This document shows positions 1 to 44,200 of a stretch of 64,000 nt of DNA, piece after piece (within the stretch, counting starts at the first letter, position 1; each line of letters starts with the position of its first letter). Both the position numbers and the translations under genes were made by a program. Location: NCBI GenBank assembly GCA_965153285.1, contig OZ229123.1. The stretch is one strand, 5' to 3'. The notes under the pieces were generated by a model, which worked only from the letters and a program-made list of their open reading frames with translations, was not told the origin of the DNA and did not search any database. This DNA is from Podarcis tiliguerta (lineage: Eukaryota).

Positions 1-275
1 AGAAGTGGGACATTTTCTTAATAACATACCTCTGGTGGAGATGGAGACCCACCCACCAGCTCCTGGTGCTAGCCTTGAACTGCAAGCCCCTGGCTCCTGA
101 TGAAAGGAATTGCATGGACGCAGCTGTCAAAGTGTTGGGTCTACAAGAACCACACTAGGCCCAGATGCAGGACTCAGGTAACAGAGAGCACATGGTAAAT
201 GGATGCTGCTGCAGGTCCTAACAGGGCTTTGGGTGCCCCACTCAGAAATGAATGGAGGGAATAACCAGCAGGCTA

Positions 276-31237
<30,962 letters not shown>

Positions 31238-31729
31238 GGCGGTGACTGGGGAAAAGGAGAGCATGGAAAGGTCAGCCGCTGAATCTGGTTCCCTCATGGA
31301 AAGAACGGTTCCTTGATTCAGGCCACGTTCCCACCAGACATCTAAAGCACTAGGACAGCACTTTAAACAGTCGTGGATTCCCATAAAAAAAATAAATGAA
31401 TCTGGCAGGGGAGAGTTATTAGAAGACCCATTTTCCCCTCACAGAGTTCCCTGTGAAGAAGGGTTAATGTATAAACCCATCTGGGAACTGCAGTCCCATG
31501 AGTCGAATAAGAGCCCCCTAACAATTAGCACCCTTAACAAACGACAGCTCCCAGGTTGCTAATCTGTTAAGGGTGCTATTAGGAGTGTTAGGAGACCCCT
31601 TGACCTCCACCCCCGCCGCCACCCAGTTTCCACTCCCAGAGTGGTTTTACAGTCAATCCCTCTTCCTAGGAAACTCTGGTAATTGTGGCCCTATTCCTTT
31701 CAATAGGGGCCTCCTAACAACTCTCAGCC

Positions 31730-32080
31730 GAGACGCAGGTGGCACTGTGGGTTAAACCACAGACCCTAGGGCTTGTCAATCGGAAGGTCGGCGGTTTGAA
31801 TCCCCGCAACGGGGTGAGCTCCCGTTGCTCAGTCCCAGCTCCTGCCAACCTAGCAGTTCGAAAGCATGCCAATGCAAGTAGATAAATAGGTACCGCTACG
31901 GCGGTAAGGTAAACGGCGTTTCCATACACTGCTCTGGTTTGCCAGAAGTGGTTTAGTCATGCTGGCCACATGACCCGGAAGCTGTACGCCGGCTCCCTTG
32001 GCCAATAAAGCGAGATGAGTGCCGCAACCCCAGAGTCGGTCACGACTGGACCTAATGGTCAGGGGTCCCCTTTACCTTTA
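31730..32080 (+). mobile_element. Sauria SINE, full length
   Basis: Same family, with a TTTACCTTTA tail. Flanked by the near-identical TAACAACT(C)TCAGC target-site duplication (TSD) inside an older repeat. Confidence 0.9.
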
Positions 32081-33254
32081 ACAACTTCAGCACCCTTGAC
32101 AAGCTACAGCTCCCAGAATTCTTTGGGTGGGGAGCCATGACTGTTTAAAGAGGCATTATCTCAGATGTAAGGTGTGAATGTGGTCTTAATCAGGTTCTTT
32201 CCAACCATATGCACAATTTTCAACACAAATATCAACATTTGTGTGCTCAACCACTCCTTTGAAAACTTCCCTGAGAGGACAACATGATAGTTTCTTCCAA
32301 CAGCATTAAAAAAAAAAGTTCTATGGCTTCTGAAAGACTAGCGATTTAATTTATTTTGGCCTAAGCTTTTGTGGCCTCGAGCCTACTTTGTCAGAGATAT
32401 GAAGTAAGTTTGCCATTGGACCTCATTGCCATTCAACTCCCAACTTACAATTAGATGTTCAGTTGCCTGGCTGTCTGTTCCTTATTTATCCTAAATGGGA
32501 TCAGACCTCAGTTGAGACAACCTCTGGCACCTATGGGAGGGACTGTAGCTCCTTGACAGAGCATCTGCTTTGGAGGCCAAAGATCCCAGCTCCAATCCCT
32601 GGTGGCAGCTCCAGGTAGGGCATATCCTCCAACATTTATCTGATGGAAATAAGGATGTCCCATTCCATAATTTTACTATTTATACTCCACACATTTTACT
32701 TGGTTGCCCCAGCCACTCTGGGCAGCTTCCAACATATATAAAAACATAATAAAACATTAAACATTTTTTTTTTTTAATTCCCTATACAGAATTGCCTTCA
32801 GATGACTCAGGGGTCAGATAATGCCATACCCTCCAACATTTCTCCAGTGAAAACAGAGACATCCTAAGGAAAAGTGGGACATTCTGGGATAAAATCAGAA
32901 ACCAGGCTTCTCTAATTCAGGGAGGTCCCTGGAAAATAGGCACACTTGGAGCATCTGGCAGGGCTGGGAGAGACCCCTGCTTGAAACCTCAAGAGCCGCT
33001 GCCAGTCAGTGTAGGCAGTACTGAGCTAGATGGACAAGGGATCTGATTTTTTTTTTTAAGAAGGGCTGTGACTCAGAACACCTGCTTTGTATGCAGAAGG
33101 TCCCAGGCTCAATCCTCAATGGCATCTCCAGGTACAGCTGGGAAAGAAACCCCTGCCTCAAACCCTGGCAAGCTACTGCCAGTCAGTGCAGTCAATACTA
33201 AACTAGACGGATCACTGGTCTCAGAGTAAGGCAGCTTCCTATGTACATCCCATT

Positions 33255-33401
33255 NNNNNNNNNNNNNNNNNNNNNNNNNNNNNNNNNNNNNNNNNNNNNN
33301 NNNNNNNNNNNNNNNNNNNNNNNNNNNNNNNNNNNNNNNNNNNNNNNNNNNNNNNNNNNNNNNNNNNNNNNNNNNNNNNNNNNNNNNNNNNNNNNNNNNN
33401 N
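33255..33401. other. Assembly gap (147 N)
   Basis: Run of N. Confidence 1.
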
Positions 33402-34554
33402 CACAACGGATTAAACAAAATGTCTAAAAACAATTCCAGAACAGGTGCAGTCTGGGTGGGCCTGATCTTGCTGACAGACACAGCCCCCTCAACTAAAGCA
33501 GCTACTCACAGACGATGGAAATGCACAACAGAGACACAGACACAGGGTCTAGGTTCTGAAGGGACCAGACTCAAACACTGTCCCTATATATCCTTTCTGG
33601 AAATGCATGCCCTAAGGCAGCCTCCTGTACACTCACCTGACTGGCCCTTACTTTGGCCCTGATAATAGGGCAGCATCCTCCAGCAGGGCAGCTGCGTCAT
33701 GGGGTGTGAAGCTCAGGACAGACCACACACAGAGAAAAATGGCTGAGGAGCTCGGAGGGGTTGACCACTGCTGCCCCCCACCCTGGCGACAGCTGCCTGA
33801 AGAAGCCACCTTGTTCCTCCACTCCCAGGTCTTAAGAAAAGACTTACAGAAATTGCAGGCCATTAGGATCTGGAGGAGGTCTTGCGAAGAAGGCTGCCGT
33901 CATTTCTCTGCGGGGTCTGGAGTTTTGTGGTTCTCTTCAGCTTGGGAAGCTGCTTTCCCTACCCCAAAGCGTCACTTGCCACGGAAAATGGAGGACTTGG
34001 GTACAAGAGTCCCCCAAGCCCACAGTGCTGACCAGGCCACGTTCTTGAGAATGTGGAAGGCCAAGTCACCTGAGAAGTTCATCCAACGTGGGTTGGAGCT
34101 TTTACCTTCCCATCCCCACAAGCTAGGAAGATGTGACTGAGCTCCAGCACAGCTGAGCCCTACTCCTTCCCTCCATTGTCTCCCTACTTGCCTGCTTTTT
34201 TTGGGGGGGGGGGGAATATTACGACCAAGTGGGTAGATGGATCGACTAAGTCAAACCCAGACAATGACCACGTCTTCTTGTCTCTGAGGCCTCTGAGGGG
34301 AATTAGAACTGGTCGAGAGCTAAACTGGATTAGAGGCCCAGTCTGGGTGTTGTGTGAGCAAATTGAAGTCGACGCTAATGCAACAGCAGACAAGGCTCAC
34401 GTGGGTTGAGACAGGAGGACAGCGACAGTTTGCTTCGGAAGGAGGTGGGGAGATGCCATCACAAAGAGGAACACTGGAAGCTGCCTTAAACTGTGCCACA
34501 GCATCAGCCCATCTAGCTAAGGCTACCAGACCTTTATTCAAAACCATGAGGCCC

Positions 34555-34740
34555 TGTGGAACACCCTCCTACCAGATGTCAAAGAGAAGAACAATTACCT
34601 GACTTTTAGAAGACATCTCAAGGCAGCCCTCTTTAGGGAAGCTTTTAATGTTTAACAGACTACTGTATTTTAATACTTTGTTGGAAGCCGCCCAGAGTGG
34701 CTGGGGAAACCCAGCCAGATGGGCGGGGTATAAACAATAA

Positions 34741-34778
<38 letters not shown>
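34555..34778 (+). mobile_element. L2-like LINE 3' end with (ATT)n tail (related pieces at ~38925-39150 and ~32680-32820)
   Basis: Shared GCCCAGAGTGGCTGGGGAAACCCAGCC 3' motif and a microsatellite tail. Confidence 0.6.
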
Positions 34779-34890
34779 GACTGAAACCACAGCACCTGCT
34801 TTACATGTAGAAGCTCTTGGGTTGAGAGACAGGACTTGGAACATCCCTTGTCTGAAACCCTGGAGAGCAGTTGCCAGTCATTGTGTAGGC

Positions 34891-35132
34891 CATGGGTAGG
34901 CAAAGTAAGGCCCAGGGGCCAGATCAGGCCCAATCGCCTTCTAAATCTGGCCCGGGAATCAGCATGTTTTTACATGAGTAGAATGTGTCCTTTTATTTAC
35001 AATGCATCTCTGGGTTATTTGTGGGGCATAGGAATTCGTTCATTATTATTTTTTCCAAAATATAGTCTGGCCCCCAACAAGGCCTGAGGGACAGTGGACT
35101 GGCCCCCTGCTGCAGATGTTTGCTGACCCCTG
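34891..35132. mobile_element. hAT-type non-autonomous element
   Basis: Perfect 8-bp TSD GTGTAGGC; an inverted copy lies at 38475-38723. Confidence 0.8.
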
Positions 35133-38100
35133 GTGTAGGCAATATTGAGTCTGATGGACTTGGAATAAGAGGACATGAATCTTTTTCTAAGTGCTCTACA
35201 TGCTTCTAAGTGGGTGGTGTGTTTGTGGGGAACTGAATTGGGTGGGAAGGGGGCAATGATCTGGGTTACTGGGTTGAATATTAATTTGAAGTAAGATATT
35301 CATGTAACTGAACTTTATCTAAAGAAAAATTGGAGGGCAATGAAAGTGGGTAAATGGAGGGAAAATGAAGTGATTTGGGGCAGGCTCTGTTGGAGAATTA
35401 TTATGTGAGTAAATTGAAGAGGAACTGATTTGGGGTGCAAGTTAACTGAAGAATCTGTCAAGGGAGAGTTGGAGGGGGTACTAACTGACTTGCCTTCTGT
35501 GGCACTGAAATTCTAAAATTTGCATCTACACCTATTAATTAGCATATGTAAATTTTGTTTCTAGGCCCCAGATTTTTAAAGCACCTAACAATGCCACACC
35601 ACAAGGATTCCATTTTAGCTGCACTGTTGCACATATCAGTCAGAGCTACATGCACCCATAAAGCATGTTTATTTATTTCATAAAGTTTATACACCACTAG
35701 ATTGTAAAAGGCAAAAAAAAAATCTCAACATGGTTTACAAAAAAGATGAAACATTATCAATAAGAAGTTAAAATAACAATAAACTGAAAACAGATGAAAA
35801 CTTGCATCAACTTTCTAAACATCTGGGTAGGCTTGTCTAAACAAAAATATTTTTTAGCAAGGGTACAGTGAAGGCACCTGCCTGATATCAATTGGCAAGG
35901 AGTTCCAAATTGTAGGTGCTGCCACACTAAAAGGGGAAGTTCTCACAAATAAGGAATGGGTATGTGGTGGCACCTGTGGACAGTGCCAGTTCTGCACTGC
36001 TGTGTGTGAGGGGGGGGGAGCGAGGGAGGGAGGGAGAGAAGGTAGGGCCTGCCTGCTCCACTTCTCCCTGGGTGTCAAAGCTTCAGCCACTAATTGCTGC
36101 ATCCTGCTAATGGCTCAAAAAAGTGTTGTGCTAATTTTCAGGGCTATTCTAATAGCACTCCCCCCATCCTCCACCTTGACACAACTGAAAAGATGCAGCT
36201 TGCAGACTGTGATGGGTTTGTTATTTTTAAAAAGCTGTCGTTAGTCAAAAACATTTGCTTCCTTTTGCAATAGCTCCTTTGACAATAATTTAAGAAGTCT
36301 TCTGCGTTGATTCCCCCTGACCCCCTTTCCCTTCCTCCACATGAATGCATGTCAAGCAAAGCTTACCTCTCTTGCGCAGGGCCTAGCCTGCACCAGTAGC
36401 ACAGAATGAGGACCTGTTACCCAGCTAAACCATCCTGGCAGTTTCAGCACTTCTGGATCAATTTCAGACCTGTGGGGCAAGCGCCTGAGTTTCTATGGCA
36501 AACTCTATCCAGGCACGGTAACCTAATAGGACAGTCATTAGCAGGCTGACCTTGGCGGGGAGCGAAGGAGTGCAAACGTCTGGGAGAGAGGCAGCTTCTC
36601 TGCAGCTACAGAGGCAACTAGGGAATTTCCCAGCTCTCAAAAGATTTAAGCAGCTTAGAGCTGTTACGGAAATTACAGGGGGGAGCACATCTTTAAAGTT
36701 GTTAAATGTTACAAATATTATGCCTGAATGTATCCTTTCGACTTCATAGCTCAGGGAAGATACCTAGCTTTATAAATCATATAAAATCAACCCCTTGAAG
36801 ACATGTATACACACCTCCTACCCCAGGAAATGCCCAGAGGTGACAATTGCTGGGCTCATTGTTCTCCAAGGGAAGCCAAATCTCATCACCAGACTTGCCT
36901 CAGGCTCCAGACATGCAAAGGAAGTTCTGTTGCACTTTTGGGTGGTGGGTACTTACCTGTAAGACATGTTTGCCTATGCTATTCTTGTGTAACCTTCCCC
37001 TTTTGTGACATGTTAATGATGTAGCAATGATATATTGATGATGCTGTGAGAACTGTATTCTGGGATATGGTAGGAAAATTTTAAAAGTCAATGTCGCCTC
37101 ATGCTCTGGTTTCACTCGCTGCTGTTGAACCTGTTGTGCAACAATAAAGGATCTAAGTCTATGGACAGCTGTTTTGCTCCAAATTGCTTGGCTGGAATTT
37201 CCTTTTACTGACCACATGGATCCACGGGGGACTTGTAACCCAATGAGCTGCGCTGTTGAGTAGTCTCTCAACCCAGAATTTTCCTTAACAGAGCATATAT
37301 GGGGTGGATGCTGAACCCAGAGATGATGTGTGCATGCTGCTGCTACAAATTCAGGATTGGTTTGAACCCTTCAAGCTAAGAAGAAGCAACAGGCAATCTC
37401 AGAGACACATTTGTTAGAGCTGGTGTTCTTTCAACAAAGGTAAGCTCAATAAAGTTATATTATAAAAAGTCTCCTCTTATATTCTTGTTTACAAGATGGT
37501 AAAACATGGGCCGGAGAATGCTGCTGTTAGGTGACCCCCACAGTCAGTTGACTAACCAAACCCAACAAGGTCTTATGAATGACTCTGTGTCCAGGGTTGC
37601 AGATCCAAAAAATCAACACTTCCGATATGGGCTGCTATGTGTCCAGATTTTCCCAGATGTTTTTGCCACTTTTTGAAAATTCTGCCTGGACACTATTTTT
37701 GATGGACGAATCCATGGTATGTCCAAGAAATTCCGGGTGTATGGCACCTCTGTCTTACTCCTTCCTCCATCTTCTGAGAGTTAAAGTCATATGCAAGGCA
37801 AGGCAAGAGTGTATTGGATGTTCCATTCCTGGCAGAGGTGCACTTGCAGCAGGCGTCAGAATAGTTGAGATTGGAACGGTGATATACAAATGCACCGTGA
37901 CTGAGGTTTGACATAACAATCCCAAGACTCCAATCCAGCCTCCCCCAATCTGGTGCCCTCAAAGCATTTTGGACTACAGCAACATCCATCAGATGGCCAC
38001 ATATCCTCTACTTTAGCTTACTGTAACTCAGTGCCATGCTGGTTGGGCCTGATGGGAGTTGTAGCCCAACACATCTAGAAGGTACCAGGTTGAGGAAGCT

Positions 38101-38474
38101 GAAATGCAAGTGAACGGGTGCCATGGAAAGAGCTACTTTTCTACTGAGCTTTCCCATTCACTTTTGTCTCTGTCCTTATCTTGACCCCTCAAAGAGATTT
38201 CCATTATGTCCCATAAACAGCAATCAAATATTTGCAGCCAGCATTAAGCGATTTGTGTAGGGTCAGGGAGTCCAAGATCTAAATCCAGCCTTCACCATTA
38301 GAAAAAGGATTTATTGGGAAAGCCCCAGGGCTAGAGACTGATCCAATTACCCACAGTGAGCTGCAGGAATACTGGAGAAGGCTTCAATCTTCCTCAGCCA
38401 TATGGAACTACTATTCATTTTTCTGTTCTTCTGTGCTGTGAATAAACTGTATCATGGGCTTCTAAAACTCAGAT

Positions 38475-38723
38475 CAGAGGTCAGCAAACTTTTTCAGCAG
38501 GTGGCCCGTCCACTGTCCCTGCGACCTTGTGGGGGGCCAGACTATATTTTGAAGGGGGGAAATGAACAAATTCCTATGCCCCACAAATAACCCAGATGCA
38601 TTTTAGATAAAAGGACACATTCTACTCATGTAAAAACACGCTGATTACTGGACTGTCTGTGGGCCGGATTTAGAAGGCGATTAGGCCGGATCCGGCCCCC
38701 GGGCCTTAGTTTGCCTACCCATG
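38475..38723. mobile_element. hAT-type non-autonomous element, same family as 34891-35132
   Basis: Reverse-complement similarity to 34891-35132; TSD ACTCAGAT/ACTTAGAT. Confidence 0.8.
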
Positions 38724-39479
38724 ACTTAGATCCACGCTATACATTTAAAGTACATGGCTTCACCCAAAGAATCCTGGGAACTGATATGGATGTGACAATG
38801 AGGGAAGAGCTCTAGTGGGCACCCATTGATACCAGGCAGGAGACTTCACTATGCTCTTTTCAGTGCCTACTACAAACATTATTGTTCAGATAAGCCCATT
38901 TAGAAAATTGATGCGAGTTTTAATCTCAGTAGTGACGCCCTCCCTGTGGAACACCCTCCCTTCGGATGTCAAGGAAATACAAACTATCTGACTTTTAGAA
39001 GACATCTGAAGGCAGCCCTGTTTAGGGAAGTTTTTAAGGATGGGTGTTTTTATTATGTTTTTAGATATGTTGTAAGCCGGCCAGAGTGGCTAGGAAAACC
39101 CAGCCAGATGGGCTGTGGTATAAATAATAAAATCGTTGTTGTTGTTTTTACTATCTGAAGTGTTATTTTAACTGTATTCAAAAGTGCTAAATTATTGTTA
39201 ATTCTTATTGACAATTTCATTATGCTATCTTTTTTGTAAGGCATTTTGAGGTATTTGTTTTTTAAAAATAATAATAAAGCAATGTATAAATTTTATTAAA
39301 TAAATGAACCCACCAAGCCCCCAAGCCCCACCCCAGTTATGCAGGACATGAGAGAGGCGTGACACTCAGACACTGCCTGCATCACTTAATCCGGAGCAGT
39401 TATGGCCTCTCTCCGTGGTCCCAGATTAGGAAAGTCAGCTAGCAAACCTAAACCACGCCAGAAGAAGAACTTTAGGGGG

Positions 39480-39960
39480 TCAGCTACCCCGTCGTTTTAA
39501 TCCGTTGCAAGAGGGGCGGGGCCAGAAAGGGGCGGGGCCGTGACGCGACCGTAGCAGTCGTTGGGTCCCTGGCGTCATCGCTGGCTGCTCTCGCGTTTCC
39601 GTGGTAACGCGCCATGAGGCTTCCGGCGCTCTAGGAAAGGACTCGCCGTTCTCCGACCGCTTCCGGCTCCGTCATGGCGGCGCCCTAACTTGGAGTCACG
39701 TGAGCGAAAAGCGGCCTGCTTCTGGTGCTGTTGCCAGGCAACGCGCCTTCCCCAACCCCGGCAACTCTGCCTCAATGGATGGGGTGGGGGTCGCTCTGCT
39801 AGTTCTCCCCTCTTGGCCGTTGCATGTAGCTCTTAAGGGGCGGGGGTTTGACGGGAGCGAGGCGGGCTGTGTTCTGGCGCCGGATCTGCCCCTTCCGCCA
39901 AGCAAAGAGGAAACCCCCCACAGCCCTCCTTCAGCAGGGCCGCTCGCGGGTCTTGGGTTT
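39480..39960 (+). promoter_or_regulatory. CpG-island promoter and probable non-coding first exon of ZDHHC4
   Basis: CpG-rich, with tandem GGGGCGGGGC boxes (~39512-39539), ETS-type CTTCCGG sites, RFX X-boxes (39595-39608, 39730-39742) and a GTCACGTGA E-box. Candidate donor AC|GTGAGC at 39700; acceptor TTTTGTAG just before the ATG exon (41275). Confidence 0.75.
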
Positions 39961-41280
39961 AGATGGCATCAAACGTGGGAAGACGGGCTCTGCCCCAAGG
40001 AGCCTGCAGTCTCCCAAGTCCCATCATCCCTGAGCATTGGCCATGCTGGGTGTGCTAATGGGCGTTATTTATAAGCAGTATTTTTGTAAAATTTATACAC
40101 AACTGGATTGTGAAAACGAACAAACCTCCAAGCGGTTTACAAAAAAAAACCATAAAATCACCATAAATTGCTAACCATAATTTAAGACCTTTGAAAAGTT
40201 ATCTTTTACCCTATCTGAGTAGGCTTGTCTAAACAAGAATGTATTTAGCAGGTGCTGAAAAGAGTGCTGTGAAAGTCTCCTGTTGATATGAATAGGCAGA
40301 GAGTTTCAAAGAGTATTTTATTGTTTTTTTTATTTATTAGATTTAGATACTGCCCTTCATCAAAAGACCTTAGGGCAGTTCACAAGATAAAAATACAAGA
40401 TAAAAACACAGATAGTTAAAGTAAAAACCACAAAGCAATATAATATTCTACCATGGCTGAAGAATTTTAATCAGCCAAAGTCAAAAGTGTAGGTGCTGCT
40501 GTTTTTAAAAATTGAGTTCTTACCAGCGGGGGAGAAGTATTCTGTGGCACCTGTAATAGTGCCACTTGGGCACAGCTATTCCCCATGCCCTGCACTAAAA
40601 CAAGACATACAACGTTGGGAGGGGGAACAGGATGAAACTGCCTGAAGGTGTGCAGAAGGTGAGCAGGGAATTTCCCTGCTTCTCTCAGTCATAAGATTGG
40701 AACTCAGTGGGGACATGCAAGAAAGCTGGAGGTTGGGAGATTCAGGACAGGCAAAAGGAATCAGACAAATTCAGGGAGGACAAGGCTATTGATGGCTACT
40801 AGTCACAATGACTATGCTCTGCTTCCACAGTTAGAGGCAGTAATGCTTCTGAATACCAGTGGGTGGAAACCACAGGATAGGAGAGTTCTCTTGTTCTTGA
40901 ATCCTGCTTGTGGGTTTCCCATTGGGATATCTGTTTGGTTGCAGTTGAGAACAGGATGGGCCATTGACTTGATCCATCAGGCTTTCCTTATGTTCATATT
41001 CTGATCCAAGAAATAGGTCCGCCTGCTCACACACCTAGCTTAGAGACCAATATCCTGGCATGTTTTATGGGAAGCTATGAATTGGCAAACCAAGAGATCA
41101 GCGCCAGACCTTGGCACACAATGGGTGAGGCAAGTGGGCAGGGAGCAGGCACAAAGCTTGTTCCTGGACTGTTAGATACAGCCTTTCTTTGGTGGTATAT
41201 TTGTGGGGGTTCCCTGCACTTTTTCCCTGTTGGAATTGGCTCCTCTTTAATCAGCTGCTTTTTGGATTTTGTAGGGCAGG

Positions 41281-44200
41281 ATGGACTTCTTGAGCCTCTT
41301 CCTCCTCTATGTGTTTCTGGTTCTGCTGACCATTCTCCTTGTTTGTTTCTATTCCGGAAGGAAGCAAAGCATCCCCTCAAGGCTTATCACCTGCATAACT
41401 CAGGTAAGGAATGTTTAAGCTGATCACATCAGTTTGTCATCCCACTGCTGTGCCCACTTGCCAACAGTGGTACTTAAAATTTGCCAGCAAGGTTTCTAGC
41501 ATGATGGCAAGTCAGCTTCCATCCCACCAATCTCTATTTCATGCTGCCAGAGGAGCATCTACACAAAATGGTGATGTTCAGTCTGTGTGTCAATCCTGTT
41601 CTTCCATATTGCAGGTAAAGGCAGGTGTTCCCATCCATCATTGGCTCTTCAGTCTTGTGATAGAACGAAAGCATTTTTCTATGACAAATATATCGTGACT
41701 TGTATGTGAAAGAGAATTGACTAGTAGTGATTATTTATTTACATTTAACAATTTACATTTAATACACACACACATACACACACGCACAAAATAACTACAA
41801 ATAGGCACATAAACAGCCAACAATAAGAACAGATAAAGGTAGAGCATGACCAGTGGTTACAGATAATGAGAACTGGAATCCAGCAACACCATGAGGACCA
41901 CAAATTCTCCTCCATCTCCATTCTCTTTAGAAGAGATGCAAATGCCATTTCCTAAAAACAGCAAAAGGGGTAGACTTGAGTCTGGGTTGTACTATTTCAG
42001 TAGTGCAAGTAAGGAGCTCATGGATGCTTCTCCATACAGTTACAAAAATCTTTACACATAGAAAGCCAAATGTTAGGGAAATGAATTCTAGCTCAATCTT
42101 CTCTGCTATGAGCTAATTTTATATGTGGGTGAGTTTTCTTTCCTGTGGGAGGAAGATTTAGTCTTCTGAACCCCACTGGCAATCTGAAGTGGTTCACCCT
42201 CAAAACCAGTTTGAGAACTAGACCTTCATGCCAAATAAACAGTTTCTGAATTCTTCCAGTGTCAAGAATCAGTTAAGAAATACAGCTGGATTCTGTCCAT
42301 GTGGCACTTACTCTGTCACCCCAAGAATGTAAAAAACTCAATGATTGGGGATGTTTTATTTCCCCCTTTAAAAAAAATATTTCCTCCCTCCCCCTTTGTC
42401 TTCTGTGATTTAGGTGCTGTTGCGTATAGTCCCATCCCAAGTCCAAGGAGCTGCTCATTGGGTGCTTCATGGACTCTTCCATAAACGGTACTCCTTCTAC
42501 CCCTTCTTTTGTGCCTTTTCCTTGCCTGTCTGGTTGTTAGCACTAACATTTTAATTTTATTTATGTCACTTTTTAAATTATCATTTCAATTTATTACCAC
42601 AAGGTTCCAGGGTGCAATGTTAAGACAATTTAAAACAAGCCACAGGCATGAGAATAGGGTGAGTCACAAAAACATACATCTCAGATATCAAAGGCAAGGG
42701 TGTGTATTTCTATGGTGCCTATCAGTTGCCTTTTCTAAGGAGGCTCACTTCCACATTAAGACACAAAGTATTACACCCCTAAAGTCATAGTGTAAAACTC
42801 TTTGAATTGCCATAGCTTTGCGGAATGGCTTCCGAAGATGACTTTCCTGTGCTTTCCAAGAGTGCAGCAGGTCTTCTGCATTCCTGGTTCTCTGTTGTGC
42901 ACTGATGGCCATGCTGGTTGGGGCTGCTGGGAGTTGTAGTTGGAACCATCTGAAGGGCTTCAGGTTAGGCAAGTCTGTTTTAAGCCATGATTTTTCTGTA
43001 TATTTTGGGTAACCCTTGGAGATAGAGAAACTTCCCTTTTTTATCTGGGTGACTGTTTTGTTGCCAAGACTGGGTGCGTAATGGCGTCCGCTTCACCATT
43101 CAAGGAAATGGAGTGGCATCCCAGCAAAAATAGATTCGAATGAAAAAGAAAACATGGTAATGCAAATTATTGATGAAAGCATACAGAAAGTGACACACAA
43201 GAAGGAACTATCAAGATAATGGGAGACAGAAACAAATAAGAGTGAGCAAATGATTTAGTAATGTGATATATCTTCAGGACTTCGCTGTTGCTTTTACTCC
43301 AGTTTAGCAAATGCAGGTATTTTTGCTTCATTTCCTGGTTGGATTAAAGTTTCTGCATTCAGAATGTCACTGATTTCATCCAGCTCAAGAGAAACAGCAA
43401 GGCTGACAAAGGGTAAAGAGGTAGTCTTATTGTACAATCCTGTGCATATTTATTTGGAAGTGTGTTTAATTGGGATTACTCTCAAGTCTGTTTAGGATGG
43501 CAGCTTTATTTCTTTTATTACAGTTGTTTTCAAAACAGGACCAGTTAGGAGACCAGTAGCTTAATTTGGCTTTTAGGTTTCTCTGAGGACAGTTACTCTT
43601 TACCTCTAAAACACCTCAGACTGCAATATCCAGTGCAAAATATCACAAGCCTGATATATTTCCGAGTGGGAGTCTAGCTTACCCTTACGCACCTCTTTTC
43701 TTTTTGCTGCAGAAACTGTACATTTGTGGTCCTGCACTTGCTCTTGGAAGCTTTGGTTTACGGGGAATATGCCTGGGAAGTGTTTGGCTATTGTCAGGAG
43801 CTGGAGTTCAGCAGTCACTTCCTCTTCCTCCCTTACCTACTCTTGGCTGTGAACACAGGTTTCTTCATTCTGTGCTCCAAGACTAACCCAGGTAAGACTG
43901 CATTCCCTGCAATTGTAACTCTTGGGCAGCGGGAAAGTACCCCATAAATGGCCTTGACTTCAGCGGATGGGGTGATGAACCTATGCCTGCTTCCAGTTAA
44001 TATAAGACGCTCATTATAAAACCTGGGAATACAAAGAAATGAGCATTCTTCTTCAGTTGTTCTGTGACCTTACAAAGAGCTTCAGTTGGGTAGATTCTGC
44101 AGCTAGACTAGAGTTTTGGCTGGTGCCCTACCCATACTGTTTATGCCAGCTTTTGCCAACTGGTGCCCTCCAGGTCCTTTGGACACCCAGGCAGCACAGC

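Noticed and set aside
32540-33240. Several tRNA-like heads (GTAGCTC..., GGTCCCAGGCTCAATCC)
   Set aside because: These are degenerate SINE heads lacking intact cloverleafs; they are not tRNA genes.
33706-34140. 144-aa plus-strand ORF between GRID2IP and ZDHHC4
   Set aside because: Non-ATG start in the ORF track, no recognisable domain and no supporting exon structure.
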